DNA from: Acinetobacter phage vB_AbaM_ME3
Sequence record: KU935715.1
Length of the DNA: 64,000 nt
Direction: 5' to 3' (one strand)
Below the pieces are notes generated by a model that saw only the letters and a program-made list of their open reading frames with translations, had not been told where the DNA came from and did no database searches. A program made the position numbers and the translations under genes. How positions within the stretch are numbered: the first letter of the stretch is position 1; each line of letters begins with the position of its first letter. Below are positions 1-11,900 of the stretch, piece by piece.

Positions 1-1172
1 TCTATGAACCATCTTCAGTTGGGAAACGTTTTGGATTCGGCCCTATAGGTTATGTACAAAGTTCTATATGGGATTTTGTATCTAAGCATAGCGAATCTCC
101 TCTAGAAATGTTAACTCCAATTAGACCTTCTGCTAAGTTTCTACATAATAGAACTGCTATACAAGATTATGTAGAAACTCAACTAGGAGGTACTGATGCT
201 GCTGTATGGACTAACTATTATTCTCACTTCATTAAACCTGCTTTAAATAAAACCAGATTAACATTTGATGGCGGATTTAGACCTGAAGAAAAGCTTGAGA
301 AAGATACAATTAATGAATACTTTGATAAGATGAAACACATCAAGAATAGATCAGATGTTAATCCTTATAATGATTCTAATTCAGTTGTAGCTACGTCCAT
401 GTCTGGGTTGAATACAGTAGATAAAGTAATGAAGTTTAAAAAATCATTATCAGATGATGAACGTGATTACTTCGAGTCTTTTTCTAAAGAAACATCAGAG
501 AAAAAGAGGGATATGATTAGATCATTATTACCTTCAGATGTGTTACGAGGATATGAACAGATATGGCGAAATGTTGATATAGCTAAGGATGCTAAAGAGA
601 GAGGTATAAGTGTACAAAAAGCTATTGCTGATGACATACATAATAATACTAATAAACTTAAATCAGCTATGGATGTATCCCTATCAGATAAAGAAAGACA
701 AATAGCTAGAGATAAAGTTAAGTCTAACTCAGATAGCTATTGGAATATGGGTTTTAGTGAATCAGAGAGAATTCAATACACTGAAGATGAGTTGTTAAGA
801 CTTAAGATGGCAGACATGGAATCATTAACATATCTTAATAACTCTACTGGAGTTCCATCTAAGAAATTCATGGGTTGGGATCCTAGATTAAAGACTGATG
901 ACATCAAGATAAGAACATTATCTGTAGGTGGAGAAGATCTTAAGAGATTTGGATTCTGGCAGAAAGATGAAGAGAGGATGAATCGATTAGAATTCTTAAA
1001 ACAAGATAACGAAGTAGTACAATCGTTAGATGAAATTAAACATGAGCTTAAGAAGAATAGATATATGAAGCAACAGATAAGTGACTTAATGTTTAAACAT
1101 GGTTTTAAAACTAACAATATAGATGTAGTTGACTCTAGTTATGGAGATTTAATAATTGAAGGACAAAGATAA
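1..1172 (+). CDS. hypothetical virion protein, 5'-partial (frame of ORF 108..1172 stays open back to nt 3)
   Basis: No stop codon in frame between nt 3 and the ATG at 108; it is contiguous with the downstream structural operon and its stop overlaps the next start (ATGA at 1172). No recognisable motif. Confidence 0.4.
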   Translation, partial: YEPSSVGKRFGFGPIGYVQSSIWDFVSKHSESPLEMLTPIRPSAKFLHNRTAIQDYVETQLGGTDAAVWTNYYSHFIKPALNKTRLTFDGGFRPEEKLEKDTINEYFDKMKHIKNRSDVNPYNDSNSVVATSMSGLNTVDKVMKFKKSLSDDERDYFESFSKETSEKKRDMIRSLLPSDVLRGYEQIWRNVDIAKDAKERGISVQKAIADDIHNNTNKLKSAMDVSLSDKERQIARDKVKSNSDSYWNMGFSESERIQYTEDELLRLKMADMESLTYLNNSTGVPSKKFMGWDPRLKTDDIKIRTLSVGGEDLKRFGFWQKDEERMNRLEFLKQDNEVVQSLDEIKHELKKNRYMKQQISDLMFKHGFKTNNIDVVDSSYGDLIIEGQR

Positions 1173-4100
1173 TGGATAAACGATTAGCAGCTGTTGCCGC
1201 TGGAGCTTTAGGAGCTGCATACACTACAGACATATTTGAAAATCCTATAACTGGTGTTGTAAATGCTGGTATTGGAGCTGCAATGGGTAGTATGCTTATT
1301 CTACCCGAAGTAGATGTTCGTAACTTAGCCAAAGTAGTTACAGGAGTTAAGCAAGATGAGGCTTCAATATTAGATAGAGCTTCTAGTGGAATATCTAAAC
1401 AAGAGGAAAAATTAAGAACAAACTTCTCGACTAGAGTAGAAAGCTTCATAGATAGTTTTATGAAATATTCTGAAGGTGATGGATTAGAGAATGGTTTTAA
1501 AGAAAATCTAGATACTGTTATAAAAAATTCTAAAAGTATTGAGACCATATTAAAGTCTAGAGGGTATAACAATATTCCTAGTCTTCCTGAAGATCCAGCT
1601 AAGTTTAGTGAATTCTTAAAAGGACTAACAAATAAGCATGATATCTCAAGTATAATTCCTCTTTTCTCTGAAGATGCAATCGATTTTGTTAACACTAATG
1701 CTGTAAATGCTCCTAAAGTTTCTCAATACACTACTAGAATTGATGGGTCATTATCTCAAGAAGATAAGATTAAAAAACTGGCATCAGTCTTTGAAACTCA
1801 GTTTGGAAATAAAGTTGAAGATGCTATGGACAAAGCATCAATGTTTGTTAAACGAGCTGTAGGAGATATTAAGATATCTGATGGTAGTATTATTCTTAAT
1901 GATGTTGTTGACTCCAAATCTGTAACTGTACCTATTACATCTTATGATGCAAATGGAATTAGATATCATAATGCTGGAAATGGTAGAGCAATGGCTGTAA
2001 AAGGATTCTCTCCATTTGCATCTTTATATATGAATGAAGGTGTATCTTCTTATGCTTATGATTTTGCAGACGGAAGAAGACTAGTTACATTGGAAGATGT
2101 TGAAAGAGGATTAGATCCTGAAATGATGTTAAAGTTTCTTCCTGAAAAATCTCCTATGGCTGACTATGTAGGTAATATGAAAAAATTAATTTCATATGAC
2201 GCCTCAGAAGCTGCACATGAGATAATCGATGGACCTAACTTTACTGTAACATCTCCTCAACTTAAGAACTTATCTACTATTACTTCTTTAGAGTACCAAT
2301 TGAATATTGATTCACAAGGTAATATCAATCACAATAGACCTCTTGTAACTCCTTCAAGTTATCTACAGAAAGAGGGAGGAGGAAGTGCTGTAGCTGATAT
2401 AGTGATTAATAAACTCTCTATTGATAATAAAAGAGCTCATAAATATGGTATTGGTACATCAGGAAATAAGTCATTGGATATCCAGACCAATCCTAATAAA
2501 GGTACTATAGGTATGTTTGTTCCTAAAACTCGTAATCCTAGTGGATCTGTACTTAGAGATACAGCCCCTGTTAAGAGGGGTCAAGGGATGCAAGCTTTAG
2601 ATATGATATATGGAAATTTTATTAAAGATAATTATGCATCAGCTCAAGTTGTTAATAAACTAGATATTAATAATGCCAAAGCCTTTAATGAATTTGCAGT
2701 TGCTTTAACAGGGCAAAATCAAACTATTCTTGCTGATGGTTTTGGTTTGTTTAATAAAGGACATTCAGAAGCATTCAGTATTAAGACTACAGCTGAATTA
2801 GCTATTCCTCTTGACAATAGAACCTTAATGCTTAATAAGGACCTGAAAGAAGCTTTAGAATCTCCAAATTTAAATGATTTTTTAAGAGAGAAGGGTGGGA
2901 TTAACATTGGAACAGATATTCTTGGGTACGATGCTAATGGAAGACCGTTCCAATTAGGTAAACAATTCTCAGAAGGAATTATAAAATCAGGTAGACGAGA
3001 TAATAATGGAAGACTTTTACTATCTATAGATGCTAGATTTAATCCTCAATCGGAAGAGAGTTTGAAATTCTTTTCTGTAGGGTCTAAATCATTAGCAGAG
3101 GGAATAGAACAAACAAGATTTAATATTCTTGCATCTGTAGGTTCGTTAATGAATGAAGGTTTAGTATCATTTCAAAACAATGTACTAACAGCTAATGATA
3201 CTGCTCCTGAAGCTCTTAAACTTGCACTAGGGAACGGACTAGGATTAGACGATATTAAAAGACTAGATCAAAATAGGCATTTCTCTGTATTTATGAGACA
3301 AGATGTCTCTATGATTACAGAAGCTTCTAAGACTGGTATGAGTGACTTACAACATCTTTTAAATGCATCTCCAGATGATGAACTCTTTCAAGAATTTGCT
3401 AAAGCTCACAATATCACTAAATTATTAATGGATAATCCAGCACAGAAGAGATCTATTGTTACAGCTGCTTTCTTAATGCAAGAAAATAAAGCTAATGAAG
3501 ATATAACTTCTGCTATCGCTACTAGACTTATGAAGCCTTTACAAGATTTAAAAAATCAAGTTTCAGGCTCTAAAGACTACAGATCTATTGTTAACTTAAT
3601 GAATGCTGGTATTATACCTAAGACTAAAAACTTTACTCCTGAATTGATTGATCAAGCTATAAATAATGTAGCATCTGCATGGCGATCCGCTACTAGTATT
3701 AATAAATACTATAAAGGTGATAGATTAGCTCAAATGGAAGATTTAACTAGACTTGTTGCTCTTTCTGGAATTGATTCAGATTTAAGAGGAGGTGTTTCTA
3801 GTACTATTGGTACAGTTAATAAAGGTAGAGCGAATGTAGGTACTGGAAATAAAGCAAGTATGTCATGGGTAGCTAGAACAAGTTTACTAGGTTCTGGATA
3901 TTCAAGAAAGCAATTAGATCTTTTTGGAAAGATAGATGACGGATTACTGTATGAGGTTAACTCCCTACAAAGAGAGACAGCCTTTCAAACTAAATCTGTG
4001 AATTCGTTTATAACAGGAAGAGAAAAAGAACTTAGTTCAATACTAATGAATACAACTCCTGAACAAAGGATTAGTAGACTTAGAAGTGCTTTTGCATACG

Positions 4101-5983
4101 ATAGTAAAAATCCTTATATTAGTTATAATTTTAATTACACTGATCATGATATTAAATCTCTTAATTTCTCTCTCATTTCAACAACAAGAAGTGGTAAGTT
4201 TGATTTTAAAGACAGAGAGTTAATTAAAGAATTAGAGTCTAAACGCTTAGATTTACTTAATTTAGATATTGCTTGGGGAAGAGCTTCAGGTAAAGAAAAA
4301 ACTAGATTAGGAAAAGAACTCAAAGCTGCTCTAGATAGTTATACTACTTACAGAACAAATATGTTGTCTGGTGATAACAGTTTAATGAAAGGAGCTTTAA
4401 AACTTTACAATGAGTCTTCAGGAATCTATGAAGTTAAACCTGTAGGAGGAGCTGCTGAACGTCTTTTTGCTAAATCAGAATTGAATGCAGATGGTTCTTA
4501 TAAAGGAATTTCAGACAAGGTTGTTATGTCAAAAGGAGGAGTAAGGGAGTGGGCTTCAAGATTAGGTATTAAGGCAAAAGATATAGAGTTATTAGATACA
4601 GAAGAATTAGGTAAAGGTGAGCAGTCTCTTAAGAGAGTTATGTATAGAGATGCTGATAATAGATTAGTTCCTCTCTCATTAATGGCTTCTCGTGAACCAG
4701 CACAAGGTACAATGTCTTCTCAATTATTAGATGTAGTTCTTGATTCAACTATAGATCATAATGACACTGCTTTATTCTTCTCTAGAGGAAGTGCTGCTTG
4801 GTCTATTATGATGGGTGGAGACCACGATCAAGACCAAGCAGCTGTATTAGGAAATAAGCACTCTTACTCTGAGTATAGAGACTTGAAAAACACAGCAGAT
4901 ACCATTAGAGAACGTAATGCAACTCATCTTAATGACTCGTTACTGATGTCACCTAAAGGAAGTACTAAATCAGCAGTTACATTAAATAACTTTGGAAGTT
5001 TAGCAGAGTACAGTGAATATAATAACAAATCAGCTATGCAAGGAACTATTCGTAAAGATATTTCTCCTATGGCTACAGAGTTTAAGATCAATGTTAGTGA
5101 AGCTGTTAAGAAACGTTTCTATGGGGATGCAGACTTAATTACTGAAGCTGAAAATGCTTTATATAGATCTGTAGAAGGTCTATTAAAAACAAGTCACATC
5201 AGCACTGAAGACTTTACAGGTACTATGGCAATACAACAACTAGATTTTGCAAGAAGACAATATGTAGAAGGGGTATATGACAGTGATAAGTACGAGAAAG
5301 TTTTAAGAGAACATATACCATCTATCCTAGGATATGACGAGAATAAACCTAATGCAGAAAGACTTTCTAATATAGTTGATAACTTAGTTAGTGCTGAAAT
5401 AGATCAAGCTAAACGAGTTCATAGGGAAGCCTTCACTCCTACTCAAATCAATAAGGGTGAAAGGTCTGCTGCTCAGACTACAGCTAATATAGGGTCAATA
5501 TTAAAAGCTCAAGATATTGTAGATGTAGAAGAAGGAATAGATATGGCTCGTTCTCCACAGCAGTTGTATCATGGTGCTACTGATGCTATTATGGATACGT
5601 TTAAACGTAACAAGAGTTTAATTGCTGTTGGATTATCAGCAATGGCTGGAGTTTCATTATTAGCTAGAGAACAACCATCATTTAGTGACTCCAGAGATAA
5701 TGTAAGGATGCATAATACTCAAATGTTACAACAAAGAATAGACCCTGAAACAGTAGAAACAGGAATAGAAACAAATGTTAATAGAACTAACTACATTCAG
5801 CCTCAATACAATTCTAATAAAGCTGTTAGAATGTCTGGAGACTTTGTAGAACAAAGTTATAACACTTATGAACAATTCCCTTCTGACTTAATGGATTCAG
5901 CTGACACTCAAGTACAATCATTACAAAATGCTGTATTTGGAAATGATATGAGAAACGCAAGATTAAATATTACAGACTTATAA
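1172..5983 (+). CDS. large virion/tail-associated protein (1603 aa), function unknown
   Basis: Long intact ORF. N-terminus AAVAAGALGAAYTT...GVVNAGIGAAMGSMLIL is Gly/Ala-rich and hydrophobic (glycine-zipper-like, membrane-active). Sits immediately upstream of the tape-measure-like gene. Confidence 0.4.
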   Translation: MDKRLAAVAAGALGAAYTTDIFENPITGVVNAGIGAAMGSMLILPEVDVRNLAKVVTGVKQDEASILDRASSGISKQEEKLRTNFSTRVESFIDSFMKYSEGDGLENGFKENLDTVIKNSKSIETILKSRGYNNIPSLPEDPAKFSEFLKGLTNKHDISSIIPLFSEDAIDFVNTNAVNAPKVSQYTTRIDGSLSQEDKIKKLASVFETQFGNKVEDAMDKASMFVKRAVGDIKISDGSIILNDVVDSKSVTVPITSYDANGIRYHNAGNGRAMAVKGFSPFASLYMNEGVSSYAYDFADGRRLVTLEDVERGLDPEMMLKFLPEKSPMADYVGNMKKLISYDASEAAHEIIDGPNFTVTSPQLKNLSTITSLEYQLNIDSQGNINHNRPLVTPSSYLQKEGGGSAVADIVINKLSIDNKRAHKYGIGTSGNKSLDIQTNPNKGTIGMFVPKTRNPSGSVLRDTAPVKRGQGMQALDMIYGNFIKDNYASAQVVNKLDINNAKAFNEFAVALTGQNQTILADGFGLFNKGHSEAFSIKTTAELAIPLDNRTLMLNKDLKEALESPNLNDFLREKGGINIGTDILGYDANGRPFQLGKQFSEGIIKSGRRDNNGRLLLSIDARFNPQSEESLKFFSVGSKSLAEGIEQTRFNILASVGSLMNEGLVSFQNNVLTANDTAPEALKLALGNGLGLDDIKRLDQNRHFSVFMRQDVSMITEASKTGMSDLQHLLNASPDDELFQEFAKAHNITKLLMDNPAQKRSIVTAAFLMQENKANEDITSAIATRLMKPLQDLKNQVSGSKDYRSIVNLMNAGIIPKTKNFTPELIDQAINNVASAWRSATSINKYYKGDRLAQMEDLTRLVALSGIDSDLRGGVSSTIGTVNKGRANVGTGNKASMSWVARTSLLGSGYSRKQLDLFGKIDDGLLYEVNSLQRETAFQTKSVNSFITGREKELSSILMNTTPEQRISRLRSAFAYDSKNPYISYNFNYTDHDIKSLNFSLISTTRSGKFDFKDRELIKELESKRLDLLNLDIAWGRASGKEKTRLGKELKAALDSYTTYRTNMLSGDNSLMKGALKLYNESSGIYEVKPVGGAAERLFAKSELNADGSYKGISDKVVMSKGGVREWASRLGIKAKDIELLDTEELGKGEQSLKRVMYRDADNRLVPLSLMASREPAQGTMSSQLLDVVLDSTIDHNDTALFFSRGSAAWSIMMGGDHDQDQAAVLGNKHSYSEYRDLKNTADTIRERNATHLNDSLLMSPKGSTKSAVTLNNFGSLAEYSEYNNKSAMQGTIRKDISPMATEFKINVSEAVKKRFYGDADLITEAENALYRSVEGLLKTSHISTEDFTGTMAIQQLDFARRQYVEGVYDSDKYEKVLREHIPSILGYDENKPNAERLSNIVDNLVSAEIDQAKRVHREAFTPTQINKGERSAAQTTANIGSILKAQDIVDVEEGIDMARSPQQLYHGATDAIMDTFKRNKSLIAVGLSAMAGVSLLAREQPSFSDSRDNVRMHNTQMLQQRIDPETVETGIETNVNRTNYIQPQYNSNKAVRMSGDFVEQSYNTYEQFPSDLMDSADTQVQSLQNAVFGNDMRNARLNITDL

Positions 5984-5998
5984 TAAAAGGATAATAAT

Positions 5999-8900
5999 AT
6001 GGATACACCAGTACAGTTAGATACTTTATATTTTACTGCTGCTGAAGAAAAAGAGATGTTTGTTATTAACGATATTGAGGTGGGTGTAAGCCCATCCGAT
6101 ATCATGATGTTTGATAACAACTATGTACATGAGCAGACATTTGTTAGATCAAACTCTGTCTTTTGTTACAGATCAAAATACTCTGAAACTAAAGTAACAC
6201 TAAACTTTCCCTTTCAAATAACCCCTCAAAATTTAGTAGCCTCTGGTGAAGACTTAGAAAATAATACGTATAACTGTATTAGATTAATAACTGAGTTAAA
6301 CAGCTATCCTTTCTGTTTTATTAAAAGTCCTCGATTAAAAACTTACGTATCTCCTGCTATGACATCTACAACAGACTACCTAATGTTTGCTGTAGAGGAA
6401 CTTGCTGTTGTTCAGTCAGCGGCAGCTTCTAACTTATTATTGCTTGAAGTTACTTTAGTGTATTTTAACCATGCGCCATTAGCAGCAGATTTTCAATTTG
6501 TTTCTAATAAAGTCGTAACTAAGTCAGGTACATTTAGTACAACAGAAGGTACTGTTAAGACAGAGAGAGACTACATATCTTTTGAAACTCCTAAAGTTGT
6601 TTCTAATTTAGTATCTTCTGATATTTGGGCTCAGTATATTAATCCTAAAGTAGATAAAGTTACTGAGAAATTAGAGAATAATGGTTTATATGAAAAGATG
6701 ATGAACTCTAAAACCACACATGCTGGTTTAGATGTTAATGTCTTCATTCCAATGATTTCTACAGGTATTGAACATGCTGCTAAGTATATGGCAGATGATG
6801 ATGGGAAGTTATTAGCTCCAGACGCTAAAGTAGTTGTAACTACTGATATGGCTCCAATGGAAGATCTAGATCTTCCTAGAAGTATTCGAGAAACCTTAGA
6901 TCAAAACTTTGACGAGTCTAGATTTGAAACTGATTCAATCAAAGGCATGGTAGGTAGAAAGAAAGTAAAAGATAGTAAAGACACTGATAGTACAGATATC
7001 TCTTCTACTAATGAAGTTTCTAATAAAGAAGAAGCTGTTAATAATGTAGGTAAGGATGGAAGCACTCCAAGAGGATACAAACAAGTTTATGTTCAATACA
7101 GTAAAGCTTCTTTTGCTCAACTTGGTTTAGCAGTACAAAAGATAGAAGTACGAAGAAAGAACATATTAGCTATACAAAAAATTGGTGCTTATAAACATCC
7201 TATCGTTCAATTTATGGGTAAGAGAGCTGCACAGACTACCATACAATTCTTAAATAACTCTGATGGAGTTTATAGCGAGTATGATGAAGATAGTGGTATA
7301 GCTTCTTTTCTTACTAATGCTTTTCAGATTCTAGATGAAAATAGAAGACTATATCCTGAAGCAGAGGCTTATAATACATTAAAGATTCATTCATTAGCTT
7401 CTTTTCTCTTAAACTCAGAATCATCAATTCCTAATATTAATAACTTAGTAGCATCAGCAGATAGAAATGGTATTGAAACAATGATCTATCACTTTGCTGA
7501 AACTAATGTAGAAGGATTATTTGATAGTAATAGATTAGAGGCTTCTGGAGCTAAATCTATTTCTAAAGCAAGATCAGAAGTATATGGAATAATTCTCACA
7601 TGGTTAAAAGAATTTAATAGATTACTTTCTAAAAGTAATAAAGAAGGCATTTATCATTTTGCTAATATGAATCAAGACCAAGAAGTTGTCGCTACCTCTT
7701 TAGATATATATGAAGATATTGTAAGAGTTACATTAGCAGGAATGAGAGATTTAGGATTAGATAAGCTCAAAGGAGATGCTGCTGTAATCAAAACAGTAAC
7801 AGATCAATTATCTGATGGAGAGATTTCTCTAGGGAGTGCTAATAAGTTTAGGAAATATTCTTTTGTTTCGTCTAAATCTAGAGTGTTAAGTTCTGGCTTA
7901 AACTTATATGTAGATGCTTCTGAGTCACCTGTAGACTACTTTGATCCTTCTTATTCAGTTAGAGAGATGAGCATTAGTAATTATCATAACTGGTTCTCTG
8001 GTTATGCTATTCAAATCCTTCAAGCTAAGTTAGATCAAATGGATGGGAAACCTATTAATTTAACAAATATTCAAATCAGTGATACACCATCTTCACAATT
8101 TGAAACCTTAGCTACAACTATTATCAATAAATTAGGAAGAACACCTGAAACTATTCCTTTTGGAAATTCTTTCTCAGATAGTCAAAAATTCTTTATTAAG
8201 AATATGATTGACACTTACATAGGTTCTATGTATGGACAGAATCTAAGCGATTTAAAGTTAGAAGACATAGAAGAAGACTATGATGTAACTAAAGATGTTG
8301 TTATTCAAAGTACAGACCCTTTCTTTTTCTTATATACTGAACCTCTTATTGCTGATGAAATGAAAGCATTCTTTAATGATAGTTATAATGAAGAACAATT
8401 AAATAATAAAGCTTTAGAAATAAACGAAGATGCCGAGACAGTAAAACAGATGTCTTCTATAGAAGTTATGCTTGGTGCTAACTACAGAAAGCTTGAAGAG
8501 GTTGATTTTAATGAGAGTGATTGGGCAAGTAATCCAGCTGAAACAGGCGTTGTAACTGTATGGGGAGGAAGTGTAAATCTTAAGCCTTCGAAGAATGTAT
8601 CTGAAGCTATTGAGTATGCTTTATCTGTTTATGGAATGTCTGGAGATGAAGAACTAAGACAGTATATGTATAAAACTGCTTATATTGAGTCTAGACTCGG
8701 TACTAATATGGGATCAGGTCAAACTTATAGAGGTTTGTATCAATTCAGCAGAGGTGCTTTAGATAGTGTTCTAAGAGCAAATAATAAAGCGTACGCTTCA
8801 AAAGGGTATAAAAATTTAAGACCAGCAGATGCTGCAAAAATTGCAGATAAGATATGGAGTGATTCAAGTTTTATTAGAGACTTTAAATCAAGTGCTGTCG

Positions 8901-11900
8901 CATTTTTAGATAGTATGTTTTTAGTTCATGGTGGAAAAAAGACTAATCCTAGAACTGGTAAATTTGACATGCCTTATACGTATGCTGGACATCAACAAGG
9001 TGGTGGAGGTCAAATTAATGTAGGGATTTATCTAAAAACTGGAGTTAGTCCTGCTGTAGGAAAGTCAGCTGAAAATTTAAGACAGAATTCATCATCTACA
9101 TGGGCTAACTGGTACGCAGTTCATTCTAAAAAATATAATGAGTTGGCTCCATATGCAGGAGCTCCAGGAGTAGATCAAGCTAAGAAAGATGCTAAAAAAC
9201 AAGATGCACTAACTAAGCAAACTGTTAGTCAGCCTTCACCTTCCTTTACATCTGCAAGTGCTAGAAATGGTACTTTAAAAACAGGTCAAACAGTAGTCGG
9301 ATATGTTGTAAGAGAAGTAGATGGTGATACATTAGATGTTCAGTATACTGTTGATGGTAAGTCTATTATTCAACGTATTCGTGTTGCTGGGTTAGATACT
9401 CCAGAGACAGATAAGAATAACTCTAAATATAATCCTAAGACTGAGAAGTATGGTCAACAAGCTAAAGCAGAACTTGCAAAACTTAGAGGAAAACAAGTAA
9501 GTATTTCTGTACTAGGGGTTGAGAATGATAATTCTGAATATTCTGTAACACCTAGTACAAAAGTTCGTCTAGTCGCTAGTGTAACTACTGTCGATAAGAC
9601 TAATGTAGGATTAGATATGATTAAGAAAGGATTAGCTAATGTTAATACTATCTTCTCTACTAACCAACAATATACTGCTGCTCTTGAAGCAGCTCAACGT
9701 AGTAAGAAAGGTATGTGGGCTGAATTACCTGCAAATAAAACAGGAGCTCCAACTCAACAACCAATCAGAAAACCAGTAACTCCAGAGTTTACAGGAGAGA
9801 CAGGGAATAATTTTCAACCATTTGCTAATGGTCAGAAGTTTCCTATTAGTTCTCCATTTACTTATGGTAAGCCTAGACAAGATATTAAACGTTCTTCACC
9901 TCACAATGGATTAGATTTAGCAGCTACTAAAGGTACGACTGTAATTGCAGCAGCTTCTGGTACAGCAACATTTAGAGTAGCGAGTGGTTATGGATATTTA
10001 GTTGAGATTGATCATCATAATGGTTTTAAAACTAGATATGCTCATTTATCTAAATCCTTTATTGGTAAAAAACCACAAAAAGTAAATGCTCACCAACCTA
10101 TTGGATTATCTGGTGGTGTTAAGGGAGATATAGGTGCAGGAAGTTCTACAAATGCTCATCTACACTATGAAGTTCATTATAAAGGACGACCAATACATCC
10201 TTTCACTACTAAACAAACATTAGATAAATATGCTGAAGGTTCTTTAGTAGAAGGAGAATTCTCAACATATCCTCAAACAGTAGAAAATAGTGGAATATAT
10301 ACCCCTCCATCTTACAATCCTCGAACAGGTATTACTCCTGAAAATACCGTATACAATGAACAGTACCTAGCAGAAGCTATTATTGATAATGCTAAGAAGT
10401 ACATTAATACAGGTATGAAAGTAGCTCTTCCAGCTATTAAAGTGTATATTGTAATAGGTAATGAGAATGACGGGTTAGGATTAAGTTCTTCGCTGACTGG
10501 TGTTCAATACTACGAACTAAATGGTGTTCAAGCTTTTAAGATGGTTTGCAATAATGATAATAATCCTATTGATGTTGCTATCATGCAAGTTATTAATCCA
10601 TCATTTATGCATACAGATGCTTGGACTAATCAAGCTCCTCCAGGTGTAGATTTAACTAAAGTAGGTACAGATTTAGAAACACAGCTATTGAAGAGTAGAA
10701 TGTTATTAAAAGTTGGTACTAAGCTTCAAGTCAGACTAGGTTATGGTAATGACCCTAATGAATTAGATATTGTATTTAATGGAGGTATTGTTGAAGTTGG
10801 TAACAATGAAAATAATCAAATCATGACTTTAGTTTTAGAAAGTTATGGTAGGGAGTTATTACAAGAGATTGTTAATCCAACTGCACCTGAAGAATCTCCA
10901 CAAGTTTCTACAACCAGTATTATTGGTAAAGCATTACAGTCTAGATCAATAGATCACTTTGGTGCTACTAACAATTTAATTAAATGGTTCTTTAAAGAAG
11001 GCGGAGAAGATCCTGAACAAAGATCTTTAGTGCCAGCAATAGATATTACAGGAAGAGCAGGATTCTTTAACTTGTTTTCAGCTTCTACGTATAGTTCTAG
11101 ACTTTACATGAATATCTTTGCACCAGAGATTGAAAATGTTGATAACACCTATAGTAGTTTATTAAGTTCTTTAATTGATGGTCTAGGTTGGTCTAATAAA
11201 CAAATGTTCCCTACATTCTTTATCTATCAAGCAACTGCTTGGGATATATGTAAACAAATGGAATACAGACACCCTGGCACAATATTTAAACCTATGATAT
11301 TTGAAGATAGAGTAACACCTTTCTATGGTATCAAAGAGCAGATGTATTTTGCTAGAGATTTATCTACTTATACACAGATGCAAGTAAAGGCTAAACTAGA
11401 AGATGAGGTTAGAGACAAACAAGTGCGAGATTACTACTCTAGACGTAGAGAACGTATGAAGCCTGTTAGTAATATTCATATGATTTCCTCTTCTACTAAT
11501 TTAATGTCTAATGGTATTAAATTAAATTCACAATGGAAAACTTCTGTAAACGTTTCTTGGTTTGAAGACAGTGATGACTTTAATGAATATTGGGAATGGC
11601 AAACTCAGAAGATGGATGTTGATGACAACTTACTTCCTTGGGAGATCAGAGAAAAAGAATTAAGAATGAGTGGTATTCATGGTAAATACTCTTCTTTCAT
11701 GTATGGCACAGAGGCTTTGAAAAAAGAAGCTGAAACTATGTACGGAGGAAGTATATTGATAACAGGTAATCCATCTGTTAAAGCAGGAGACTATATTTTT
11801 ATAGATGATACTGAAAACAGAATGTCTGGATTATGTTTAGTTAGAGACTGTATTCACCACTTTGATCCTCAGTTTGGCTTTGTCACTGAGATTACTCCAG

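Noticed and set aside
773-1695. Minus-strand ORFs 773..1117 and 1135..1695, plus other short antisense ORFs inside the structural genes (2719..2907, 5908..6120, 6935..7120, 19926..20126, 21882..22205, 25587..25859, 26388..26588, 29907..30122, 30775..31068)
   Set aside because: All lie inside and antisense to long, well-supported plus-strand genes and have low-complexity Ser/Leu/Ile-rich translations typical of AT-rich shadow ORFs.
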